Assembly: GCA_017506175.1 (NCBI GenBank)
Contig: JAFVNW010000011.1
Span: 20,227 to 84,226 of the forward strand
DNA: 64,000 nt
Direction of reading: 5' to 3'
Origin: Bacteroidales bacterium
GTDB taxonomy: Bacteria > Bacteroidota > Bacteroidia > Bacteroidales > WCHB1-69
The notes beneath the pieces are model-generated. The model worked only from the letters and a program-made list of their open reading frames with translations, ran no database searches and was not told where the DNA came from. The position numbers and the translations under genes were made by a program. This document shows, in pieces, positions 9,736 to 17,531 of this stretch. Within the stretch, counting starts at the first letter, position 1; every line of letters begins with the position of its first letter.

Positions 9736-11415
9736 ATGAAACATTTATTACAATCTATCATTGCAGTTGTGTTGTGCGCATGCGGTTTTTCCGCCATGGC
9801 GCAGATGAGCTACGGCGGCGAGCCGAAATCCTTCAAATACACGGTATCGGAAGCGGTGCCTGTGATTGAAATCCAACCCACGGATGTGGCTCCCCTGTTG
9901 GCTGAAGACGCCACCATTCAAAAGGGTGAACGCGCCTATCGTATCGGTGTCACTCACGATGTTCAATATTCAATGGAAAACACCGGTCGCATTGACATTC
10001 TCCCCGACGGCGGCACACTTTGGCGCCTCTCCTATAAATGCGAGGGAGCGACTTTTAGCTCCATCCTCTTCAATGAATTTTCCATTCCCGATGGCGCCGA
10101 ACTCTTTTTCTATACCCCTGACCATGAATTTGTTATCGGCAAATTCAACAACAAAAATAAGATGGAGGATGGTACTTTCTTTCCCCAAGAGATTCCCGGC
10201 GACCAATTCTTCATCGAATATTACGAACCCGCTAACGCCGCCTTCCACGGCACTTTGAAGATGAGCCGCATCTCCCAAGGCTACCGCGACTTCTTCCACA
10301 TCTATGATGAGGCGAACAACAGTACTGATACCGATGAAGATGAAAGTATCGGTGACTTGAAATGGGGACAACCCGGTGAAGCCGAAGGCACTTGCCATCC
10401 GAACGCCATCTGCTACGATGCTCAATGGCACGACCAAATCATGGCTAACGTACTCTACACGATGAGCAGCGGTGGCTACATCTACATGTGCAGCGGCTCC
10501 TTGGTCAACAACACCGCCCGCAACGGCAAGCAGTACATGCTTTCCGCCGACCACTGCTATCAATCAGGTAGCTGGACCTTCTACTTCAAAAACCACTCCG
10601 CATCATGCTCTGGTACTTCCGCACCCACCACCTACACCGCTTCTGGTTCGAGTACTGGTGTTAAAGCCAGAGACAACGGCAACAGCAGTTCCGACTTCAT
10701 GCTCGTGGAAATCTCCGGCACCATCAATCCCAGCTACAATGTCTTTTTAGCTGGATGGACTAACACAACCGCACAACCCACCAATCCCAGCCAATGCGCC
10801 TGCATTCACCATCCTGGCGGCGATATCGGCAAATGCAGCATCCCCGTACAAATTGGAGTGGCAAGTGGTTACACTAAATTCTGGGCCACAACCTGGGCTA
10901 CAGCTACCGGTACTACCGAACAAGGCTCGTCTGGCTCCCCGCTCTTCAATAAGGACAAACTGATTGTCGGCCAACTCTACGCTGGCGGAAGCTCCTGTTC
11001 CTCGCCTACAGCCGCCGATATTTACGGTAAATTCTCCAACTCATGGACCAACAACAACAACTCCAGCAATGCCAAGAAACTGAAACCATGGCTTGACCCC
11101 ATCAACTCCGGCGCCACCAGCTTGCAAGGCGAATACCTGAACACCGTTGGCATGACCAACTTCACCCAAGTGGTCAACGCATTGGATGTCTATCCGAACC
11201 CCTCCAACGGCAACATCACCGTCAGCGGCAACTTCAGCAGCATGGATGGCACTTGCAATGTTTACGATATGGTCGGCAACCTCGTTTACTCCTCCCAAAT
11301 CACCCTTTCTCCCGAATTCACGCTCAACCTCAACAACCTGACCAACGGAATGTACATGCTGGAAATCAACGACAACAACAATGTTTTCCATTCAAAAATC
11401 ATCATTGGTAAATAG
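9736..11415 (+). CDS. Secreted trypsin-like (S1) serine protease with T9SS C-terminal sorting domain, paralog of 7291-9681
   Basis: The track start at 9730 is TTG; I prefer the ATG at 9736 (MKHLLQSIIAVVLCACGFSAMAQ). Catalytic motifs are LSADHCY, SSSDFMLVEI and EQGSSGSPLF. It shares the pro-region pattern (W.....GA....F..F..P.G..L) and LKPWLDPxNSGA with the upstream paralog. The CTD is LDVYPNPSNGNITVSG...GMYMLEINDNNNVFHSKIIIGK. Confidence 0.8.
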   Translation: MKHLLQSIIAVVLCACGFSAMAQMSYGGEPKSFKYTVSEAVPVIEIQPTDVAPLLAEDATIQKGERAYRIGVTHDVQYSMENTGRIDILPDGGTLWRLSYKCEGATFSSILFNEFSIPDGAELFFYTPDHEFVIGKFNNKNKMEDGTFFPQEIPGDQFFIEYYEPANAAFHGTLKMSRISQGYRDFFHIYDEANNSTDTDEDESIGDLKWGQPGEAEGTCHPNAICYDAQWHDQIMANVLYTMSSGGYIYMCSGSLVNNTARNGKQYMLSADHCYQSGSWTFYFKNHSASCSGTSAPTTYTASGSSTGVKARDNGNSSSDFMLVEISGTINPSYNVFLAGWTNTTAQPTNPSQCACIHHPGGDIGKCSIPVQIGVASGYTKFWATTWATATGTTEQGSSGSPLFNKDKLIVGQLYAGGSSCSSPTAADIYGKFSNSWTNNNNSSNAKKLKPWLDPINSGATSLQGEYLNTVGMTNFTQVVNALDVYPNPSNGNITVSGNFSSMDGTCNVYDMVGNLVYSSQITLSPEFTLNLNNLTNGMYMLEINDNNNVFHSKIIIGK

Positions 11416-11450
11416 TGTCCTGTAACGGTGAACAGTGAACTGATTAGTCA

Positions 11451-12068
11451 ATGTCAACGTCAATCATTTTAACCACTGCTTACCTTCCAACCATAGAATA
11501 CTTCGCTTTGATTGCTCAGAGCGAAGTATTTTGTTTGGAGGCGGCAGAGAGTTTTCAGAAACAGTCGTACCGCAATCGCGGCTATATTATGACAGCCAAC
11601 GGGGTACAGCAGCTGATTGTGCCCACATTGCACTCCACTCAACGTTCCTGCATCCGCGATGTTCGCATCGATTACAAAGGGCGCTGGCAAGCGGAGCATT
11701 GGCGCGCCATTGAAACCGCCTACAGCGGAACCCCTTACTTCCTCTATTTCCGTGATTTTTTCGCGCCTTTTTACGAGAATCATTATGAATTCCTGTTTGA
11801 TTTCAATTTGGAAATCACTGAAATGCTTCTCAAACTATTTAAAATAAAAAAGTCCCCCGTTTTCACGGAGGACTTCCAAAAAGAGTATGAAAAAGGGAAT
11901 GATTATCGGAATTTGATTCATCCCAAGAAAGAACCTTTGTTTGTACCCACTCCTTATCATCAAATTTTTGACGACAAGTTGCCCTTTACATGGGGAGTCT
12001 CAGTAATAGACTATCTTTTCAATACGGGGCCCGATGGCAGTTATCTTCAAAAACTACCCCGTTGCTAA
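11451..12068 (+). CDS. WbqC-like family protein
   Basis: 205 aa. The N-terminus ILTTAYLPTIEYFALIAQSEVFCLEAAESFQKQSYRNRGYI matches the WbqC-family pattern (YLP...YF.....D.....E.Y.KQS.RNR) as I recall it. Confidence 0.6.
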   Translation: MSTSIILTTAYLPTIEYFALIAQSEVFCLEAAESFQKQSYRNRGYIMTANGVQQLIVPTLHSTQRSCIRDVRIDYKGRWQAEHWRAIETAYSGTPYFLYFRDFFAPFYENHYEFLFDFNLEITEMLLKLFKIKKSPVFTEDFQKEYEKGNDYRNLIHPKKEPLFVPTPYHQIFDDKLPFTWGVSVIDYLFNTGPDGSYLQKLPRC

Positions 12069-12074
12069 TTTTTC

Positions 12075-13613
12075 TTAGTCGGCAGCCGGAGTGCTTCCGA
12101 ATAGGAAGGAGCTGGCATAAATAGGGGTCGGGGTGGCGGTTCCCTGTTTTTTCAGTTCCTCGACACGCTGTTGCTGCAGTGTAGGGTTATTTTCATCACG
12201 GAGATAGGCTGGAGTGTTCACGAAATTTTGGAAACTGCTGTCATTGTCATAAGTCGGGTTCACACCGCTATTCACGACCCTGATTCCTGCCTCGGCGGGA
12301 ACGGGAGCCGGCTGAGGATGTTCAATTTTGGGAGCTACGGACTGGTTGACAACAGGTTGTGCAAAAATGGTGTCAATAGATAGTTGGCTCGTAGTCGGCT
12401 GGCTCATCGGCTGCTGACTTTGCGCGGGGGTGTTTGTAGGAGTTGGGGTAGGGGTTGATGCCGGTGCCTGTTCACCAACATGGAAGTCGAATACACTCTG
12501 AGTTCCCTCAGCTTTATCAACAGGAGCTGCTGGAATCTTGTGCTCAAAAGGGTCTTTGGAGGTTGAGCTCTGAGTATTATCCGCATTACCAAATGTCCCT
12601 GAATTTTTGAAAATGTCATCGAGATTGGGTTTAATCTCCTTAGAATAGCCCGTGACGATGATGGAGAGTTTGATTTTGTCTCCGAGAGATTTATCAACGC
12701 CGTGGCCCCAGATGACGTTGGTGTCGGGACCTTGGTACATTTTAATTTCTTTGGAAAGTTTTTTAAGTTCGCCAACTGTGAGTTCTTGATCTTCGCCATA
12801 ATTGAGGAAGAAGAGGAAATTCTTGGCATTGGTGATATTGTTGTCATCAATAAGCGGGCAGGTCATGGCTTGGCTTACGACTTCCTCAATGCGGTTGTCT
12901 CCGCTTGCTTCAGCGAGGCCAATCATTGCTTCGCCACTATCCTTCATCACGTTCAGAACATCCTTGAAATCGACATTTTGATAGGCGTTTTTGGTAATCA
13001 GTTCGGCGATGCATTGGACGGCGTTTTTGAGGATGTCGTCTGCGAAACCAAGGGCGACGCGGATTGGTTTATCCTCATATTCCACCATTATTTTTTCATT
13101 TTGGATAATAATGAGGGAATCAACGTGTTTTTTTATTTCCTCAATGCCGGCATCAGCTTTGCGGAAGCTCACGGGGCCTTCGAGTTCGTATGGATAGGTG
13201 ACGACACCGATGGTAAGGATTCCCATATCATGGGCGATTTGAGCCACGACAGGGGAGGCACCCGTGCCGGTTCCTTTGCCCATGCCGGCGGTAACGAAGA
13301 GCATTTTGGTTTCTTCGCCAATAAGGGCACGGATTTTATCAGTACTGCTGGTTGCCAGGGCTTTAGCGTTTTCGGGGTCGCCGCCTGCGCCGAGTCCGTC
13401 GTCACCGAGCACCAGTTTGCTAGGTACTGCATTGTTTTCAAGAGCCGTACGGTCGGTGTTGCAAATCAGGAAATCAACTCCTTTGATTCCTTCGTTATAC
13501 ATGTGCTGCACGGCATTGTTGCCTGCGCCGCCGACACCGATCACTTTAATGATGGAGTTCGTTTTTCTTTCACCGAAATTGGTGTCAAAAGTAATATCGT
13601 CGTTTTCGATCAT
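12075..13613 (-). CDS. ftsZ: Cell division GTPase FtsZ
   Basis: 512 aa with IKVIGVGGAGNNAV and the tubulin signature region FVTAGMGKGTGTGASPVVA (note Lys where Gly is canonical). A long Pro/Thr/Gln linker precedes a PAYLR FtsA-binding-type peptide. Gene order is ftsQ-ftsA-ftsZ. Confidence 0.95.
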   Translation of the reverse strand: MIENDDITFDTNFGERKTNSIIKVIGVGGAGNNAVQHMYNEGIKGVDFLICNTDRTALENNAVPSKLVLGDDGLGAGGDPENAKALATSSTDKIRALIGEETKMLFVTAGMGKGTGTGASPVVAQIAHDMGILTIGVVTYPYELEGPVSFRKADAGIEEIKKHVDSLIIIQNEKIMVEYEDKPIRVALGFADDILKNAVQCIAELITKNAYQNVDFKDVLNVMKDSGEAMIGLAEASGDNRIEEVVSQAMTCPLIDDNNITNAKNFLFFLNYGEDQELTVGELKKLSKEIKMYQGPDTNVIWGHGVDKSLGDKIKLSIIVTGYSKEIKPNLDDIFKNSGTFGNADNTQSSTSKDPFEHKIPAAPVDKAEGTQSVFDFHVGEQAPASTPTPTPTNTPAQSQQPMSQPTTSQLSIDTIFAQPVVNQSVAPKIEHPQPAPVPAEAGIRVVNSGVNPTYDNDSSFQNFVNTPAYLRDENNPTLQQQRVEELKKQGTATPTPIYASSFLFGSTPAAD

Positions 13614-13648
13614 ATCTTATTTATTTCATTATCAATTATCAATTAAAG

Positions 13649-15001
13649 CTACTCTACGCCGCCGCCGTCCGCGAGGATGTTGCGCAGCCATGATTCGAGT
13701 TTCTTGGACAGTTGCGACAGTTTGCCGGCACGTTTCGGGCTGTCGTCGTCCACATCTTGGATGTCGTCGGTGCTGAAATCCACGATATCGTCGGTGCTTT
13801 TGTTGCCGATATAAGGTTGGTTTTCAGCGAGGCAGCCCATTTTCAGCAATCCGAGGGCAGTTGCGCAAATCGGGTTTTTGAGGTCTGAGTCGGGGGTTGT
13901 GGAGAAACCATTGATGGGGAAGCCGATACGGGTTCTGCGTTGGAGCACGAATTCCGACAACTGTTTGATGTCGCGAATCATGGCACCGCCGCCAGTCAGT
14001 ACCACATTCTTGATGCGGCTGGCATAGCCGGAGGCATCGATTTCGCGCTTGATGGCTTCAAGAATATCCTGTTTGACGCGGGATTGTATAACATTGGCAA
14101 GGGTGTATTCATTGATGCTGGTCGGGGAGCCATAGCCGGCGGTGTCGGGGATGGTGAAGACATTGTTGCGGTTGGCTTTATCCACGAGGCAGGTCCCGTG
14201 TTTGATTTTGAGGGCCTCGGCCTGTTCGAAGGAGAGGTTGAGGGATTGGATATCGCGGGTCACGAGTTTACCGCCGACGGGGATGACCTTAATGTAGATG
14301 GGCACGCCGGACTCGTAGAGGATGAGGTCGGAGGTGCCGCCGCCGATATCGACAAGGGCGACGCCCTGATTTTTCTCCTCTTCGGTTAGGCAGACCGCAC
14401 CGGAGGCCATCGGTTCGAGAATCAGGTCGCGCACATCCAATCCGGCACCATCGGCGCTTTTGCGGATTTTCCTGACTTCTAGGGTATTGCCGACAATCAG
14501 TTGGTATTGTCCGGTCACTTTCTGGCAAAGGGTGCCGACAGGTTTGAGGGTCGGGAGCCCGTCCACCTCGTAGAATTGGGGAATGACGGTGATGATATCG
14601 CCGGAATCCACGGAATAGCTTTCCATTTGGGCAATCATCTTGTCGATTTCCTCCTTACTGACCATTTTATCGAGACCGTTGGGGCGAGTGATGCTGTTGG
14701 TGCAGCTCATGCTGTGGATATGCCGTCCGGCGACGCCCACATAGACGCTGGAAATGGGCTCGTCGATTTTGTTGAGCAGTTCCTTTTTGGCGGCGAGGAT
14801 GCTGTTGATGGTTTCTTGCACATTGAATACCTGCCCGAATTCCACGCCATTGGAGGGGACTTTACCGTAGCCGCAGACTTCTATCTTGCCGTCTTCGCGG
14901 AGAAGGCCCATGACCATTAAAATTTTGGTGGTGCCGATGTCAAGCCCCACGACCATATTGGGGCCTTTTTCTTCTGGCTGAGATTGTATTTTTCTTCTCA
15001 T
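13649..15001 (-). CDS. ftsA: Cell division protein FtsA
   Basis: 450 aa, actin-fold ATPase with VVGLDIGTTKI and ALVDIGGGTSD motifs and a C-terminal amphipathic helix LSKKLESWLRNIL. An internal ATG 15 codons downstream (MVVGLDIG) is an alternative start. Confidence 0.93.
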   Translation of the reverse strand: MRRKIQSQPEEKGPNMVVGLDIGTTKILMVMGLLREDGKIEVCGYGKVPSNGVEFGQVFNVQETINSILAAKKELLNKIDEPISSVYVGVAGRHIHSMSCTNSITRPNGLDKMVSKEEIDKMIAQMESYSVDSGDIITVIPQFYEVDGLPTLKPVGTLCQKVTGQYQLIVGNTLEVRKIRKSADGAGLDVRDLILEPMASGAVCLTEEEKNQGVALVDIGGGTSDLILYESGVPIYIKVIPVGGKLVTRDIQSLNLSFEQAEALKIKHGTCLVDKANRNNVFTIPDTAGYGSPTSINEYTLANVIQSRVKQDILEAIKREIDASGYASRIKNVVLTGGGAMIRDIKQLSEFVLQRRTRIGFPINGFSTTPDSDLKNPICATALGLLKMGCLAENQPYIGNKSTDDIVDFSTDDIQDVDDDSPKRAGKLSQLSKKLESWLRNILADGGGVE

Positions 15002-15007
15002 AGAGGT

Positions 15008-15769
15008 TTATTGTTTTCTTGTTGCATAGATTCTTTTGGCGAAGCGGGCGTCCACCTGGCTGTACGAATGGTCCATATAGACGATTCCCTTGCTGTAAAC
15101 GATCTGAAGGTTCGCGAGTTTCGTGTCAATGTCATCCCCGTAGCCGATAAGGGCGGTGTGTTGGAAAATGTTGTTGTAGAGCTGCAGCTGATTGTCGGGG
15201 GCGACGAAGATTTGAGAGTATTGGGAGAAATAAATCTCGTTGTTGTGGATGGCGTTGGCGACTTTGTAGATTCTTTTGAGAGTGTTGTCCTTCACGGTGG
15301 AGACTTTGAGTTTGGGGGCGTATTGTGTGAGGATGTGGCCATTGGCGACGATCACCTTGTCGTGGATGTCGGGGGAGAGGGGCAGCAGATAGCCGTCGGC
15401 GGTGATGATGTAAGGTGCGCCGGATTCAGGGAACACTTGGACGAGGGGCACTTTGACGGCGACATTGAGGATGACCTTGGAGCCTTTGGAGCTGAGGTTG
15501 TTGAGTTTATGGAACCAGATGTCCTTTTGGAGTGCCTTTTCAATGTCGTCGCGGTGGATGTTCTTCACCATTTTGCCGAGCGGATACACATCGGCGGCTT
15601 TCAGCATCTTTTCTACCGACTGCATGGTCATCATTGAGTTGGTGCCCTTGTCGGAAATAATGATCTCGACTTCGTCGCAGGTGCGATTGTGGAAACGGAT
15701 GCCCGCCAACACGACGAGCACGACGACTGCCACACAAAGCAACAACCCGAAAAGTCTTTTCAGTTTCAT
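15008..15769 (-). CDS. ftsQ: Cell division protein FtsQ
   Basis: 253 aa, with a single N-terminal TM (LFGLLLCVAVVVLVVLAGI) followed by a POTRA-like region. It lies immediately upstream of ftsA with a 6-nt spacer. Confidence 0.75.
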   Translation of the reverse strand: MKLKRLFGLLLCVAVVVLVVLAGIRFHNRTCDEVEIIISDKGTNSMMTMQSVEKMLKAADVYPLGKMVKNIHRDDIEKALQKDIWFHKLNNLSSKGSKVILNVAVKVPLVQVFPESGAPYIITADGYLLPLSPDIHDKVIVANGHILTQYAPKLKVSTVKDNTLKRIYKVANAIHNNEIYFSQYSQIFVAPDNQLQLYNNIFQHTALIGYGDDIDTKLANLQIVYSKGIVYMDHSYSQVDARFAKRIYATRKQ

Positions 15770-15871
15770 TAAAGGTGATGAAAAACGGTTATATGGTACG
15801 AGTTTGCGGAGGTTCAGAGGATGCGTACGGGGAACAACACACGTAGGCAGTTAGTGTAAATTAGCAACTTG

Positions 15872-15879
15872 CAAATGTA
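15872..15879 (-). promoter_or_regulatory. -7 box (TACATTTG on minus strand) for ftsQAZ
   Basis: Plus strand reads CAAATGTA, about 100 nt upstream of the ftsQ ATG. Confidence 0.45.
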
Positions 15880-16228
15880 AAATTATTTAATCATTTTTAA
15901 GGATGTTTTCACATATTAATAATAAACAAAATAATGTTGATATTTATCCCGATTTTTTGCAATTATTTACCTATAAATCAAAAGAATAGGTTTTTTTTGA
16001 CGGGTTTTATGCACAATCGCCGCCTTCAAGGGAAAAGTCCACTCGGAATCTACGCTGGAAAACTTGCGGCATCAAGTGTTGAAATTCCCATCTGAGGCCG
16101 AATGCAAGGCAAGCTTCCTGCGGGATTGTGTTGCGCCGACGCTTGCCACCGCCCTCCCTCTCTTCAGACAAAGAACCAACACGTTGAAAAAATATTTTAA
16201 AGGACGTATTTCGTAACGAAAAAAACCG

Positions 16229-16236
16229 TACTTTTG
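16229..16236 (+). promoter_or_regulatory. -7 box TACTTTTG for rpsF-rpsR-rplI
   Basis: Matches TAnnTTTG, 49 nt upstream of the rpsF ATG at 16285. It argues against the upstream track start at 16234. Confidence 0.5.
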
Positions 16237-16284
16237 CAGCCCAAAATTTATCAACAAATTATAAACACAAAAAAAACAAAAAAC

Positions 16285-16692
16285 ATGTTGAATCATTACG
16301 AAACCGTTTTCATTATGACTCCCGTTTTGTCTGATGAACAGATGAAGGAAACGGTTAAAAAGTTCGAGAACTACCTTCTCGACAAAGGAGCAGAAATCGT
16401 GCACCAAGAGAATTGGGGCCTGCGTAAATTAGAGTATCCGATTGCCAAAAAGACCTCCGGTTTCTACCATCTTTTTGAATTCAAGGCCGACAGCAGCATA
16501 ATTAAAGACTTCGAGCTGCAGTATCGCCGCGATGAAAAAGTGATGCGCTACTTGACCGTTCTGATGGACAAACACGCCATCGCCTACAGCGAAAAAAGAC
16601 GCAACCTGAAGAAAGAGAAAGAAGCAGCCAAAGCCGAAGAACCCGCCGAAGCCCCGGCCGCTGAAGTAAACGAAACACAAAACAACGAATAA
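16285..16692 (+). CDS. rpsF: 30S ribosomal protein S6
   Basis: [19 protein letters not shown]... is a canonical bS6 N-terminus, so the start was moved to the ATG at 16285. The C-terminal tail is acidic and Ala-rich. Confidence 0.92.
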   Translation: MLNHYETVFIMTPVLSDEQMKETVKKFENYLLDKGAEIVHQENWGLRKLEYPIAKKTSGFYHLFEFKADSSIIKDFELQYRRDEKVMRYLTVLMDKHAIAYSEKRRNLKKEKEAAKAEEPAEAPAAEVNETQNNE

Positions 16693-16702
16693 GGAGGACA
16701 TC

Positions 16703-16978
16703 ATGGCACAACAAACAGACATCAAATATTTGACTCCCATCGCAGTTGACATCAGAAAAAAGAAGTATTGCCGTTTCAAAAAAAGCGGCATCAAATACAT
16801 CGACTATAAAGATGGTGAATTTTTGAAGAGATTCGTGAACGAACAAGGCAGAATCCTGCCCAGACGTTTGACCGGAACTTCATTGAAATATCAGAAAAAA
16901 GTAGCTCAGGCAGTAAAAAGAGCCAGACATCTTGCTTTACTCCCGTTCGTTACTGATAATTTGAAATCTAATAACTAA
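16703..16978 (+). CDS. rpsR: 30S ribosomal protein S18
   Basis: 91 aa. [50 protein letters not shown] is canonical bS18. It is preceded by AAGGAGG at 16691-16697. Confidence 0.95.
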   Translation: MAQQTDIKYLTPIAVDIRKKKYCRFKKSGIKYIDYKDGEFLKRFVNEQGRILPRRLTGTSLKYQKKVAQAVKRARHLALLPFVTDNLKSNN

Positions 16979-16991
16979 GGAGGGCATTACT

Positions 16992-17447
16992 ATGGAAATA
17001 ATATTGAAACAAGACGTACAAAACTTAGGCTACGCCGATGAAATCGTGAAGGTGAAAAACGGTTATGCCCGCAATTATCTCATCCCCCAAGGCCTCGCCA
17101 TCCCGGCTACCGAACCGAACCGCAAAATGCTGGCCGAAACCTTGAAACAACGCGCTTTCAAACTTGAAAAAATCAGAAAAGAAGCCGAATTCATGGCTGG
17201 TAAAATCGAAGGCCTTGAAGTGGTCATCCCGACCAAAGCCTCTGAAAAAGGCACCATCTTCGGTTCCGTCACCAACATCGCCGTGGCCAACGCTTTGAAA
17301 GAGCAACACGACATCGACATCGACCGCAAGAAAATCATCATCAAAGAAGACCACATCAAAGAACTGGGCGAATACACCGCTCAAGTCAACCTCCACAAGG
17401 ACTTCAAGGTGAGCATCAACTTGAAAGTCGTTGCCGAAGAGGCATAG
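16992..17447 (+). CDS. rplI: 50S ribosomal protein L9
   Basis: 151 aa. MEIILKQDVQNLGYADEIVKVKNGYARNYLIPQGLA is canonical bL9. It is preceded by AAGGAGG at 16977-16983. Confidence 0.95.
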   Translation: MEIILKQDVQNLGYADEIVKVKNGYARNYLIPQGLAIPATEPNRKMLAETLKQRAFKLEKIRKEAEFMAGKIEGLEVVIPTKASEKGTIFGSVTNIAVANALKEQHDIDIDRKKIIIKEDHIKELGEYTAQVNLHKDFKVSINLKVVAEEA

Positions 17448-17484
17448 TCTTCTGCAAGATTCATCTTTCGATAACTATAGCAAA

Positions 17485-17522
17485 CCGAGGTGTCACTCAT
17501 TACGAAACGCCTCGGTTTTTTT
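17485..17522 (+). terminator. Rho-independent terminator after rplI
   Basis: Stem CCGAGG (17485-17490) / CCTCGG (17510-17515) followed by 7 T. It overlaps the track's GTG start at 17490 for the next ORF, which argues for the ATG at 17532. Confidence 0.7.
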
Positions 17523-17531
17523 CGTACTAAA

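Noticed and set aside
16028-16046. AGGGAAAAGTCCACTCGG resembles the GAGGAAAGUCC P4 motif of RNase P RNA.
   Set aside because: The GC-rich block is only about 190 nt, against about 350-400 nt for bacterial RNase P RNA. I could not find the other universally conserved RNase P elements (for example the ACAGNRA and 3' P4 strand) nearby. A covariance-model scan would settle it.
16234-16284. Longer N-terminal extensions offered by the ORF track, mostly TTG/GTG starts. They affect rpsF 16234, protease 9730, 17490, 19746, mutY 26126, 28751, 28887, 46014, 47170, 47373, 56304, 60267 and 61382.
   Set aside because: Internal ATGs give canonical N-termini or signal peptides. In several cases a TAnnTTTG -7 box, a terminator (17485-17522) or a tRNA lies inside the proposed extension.
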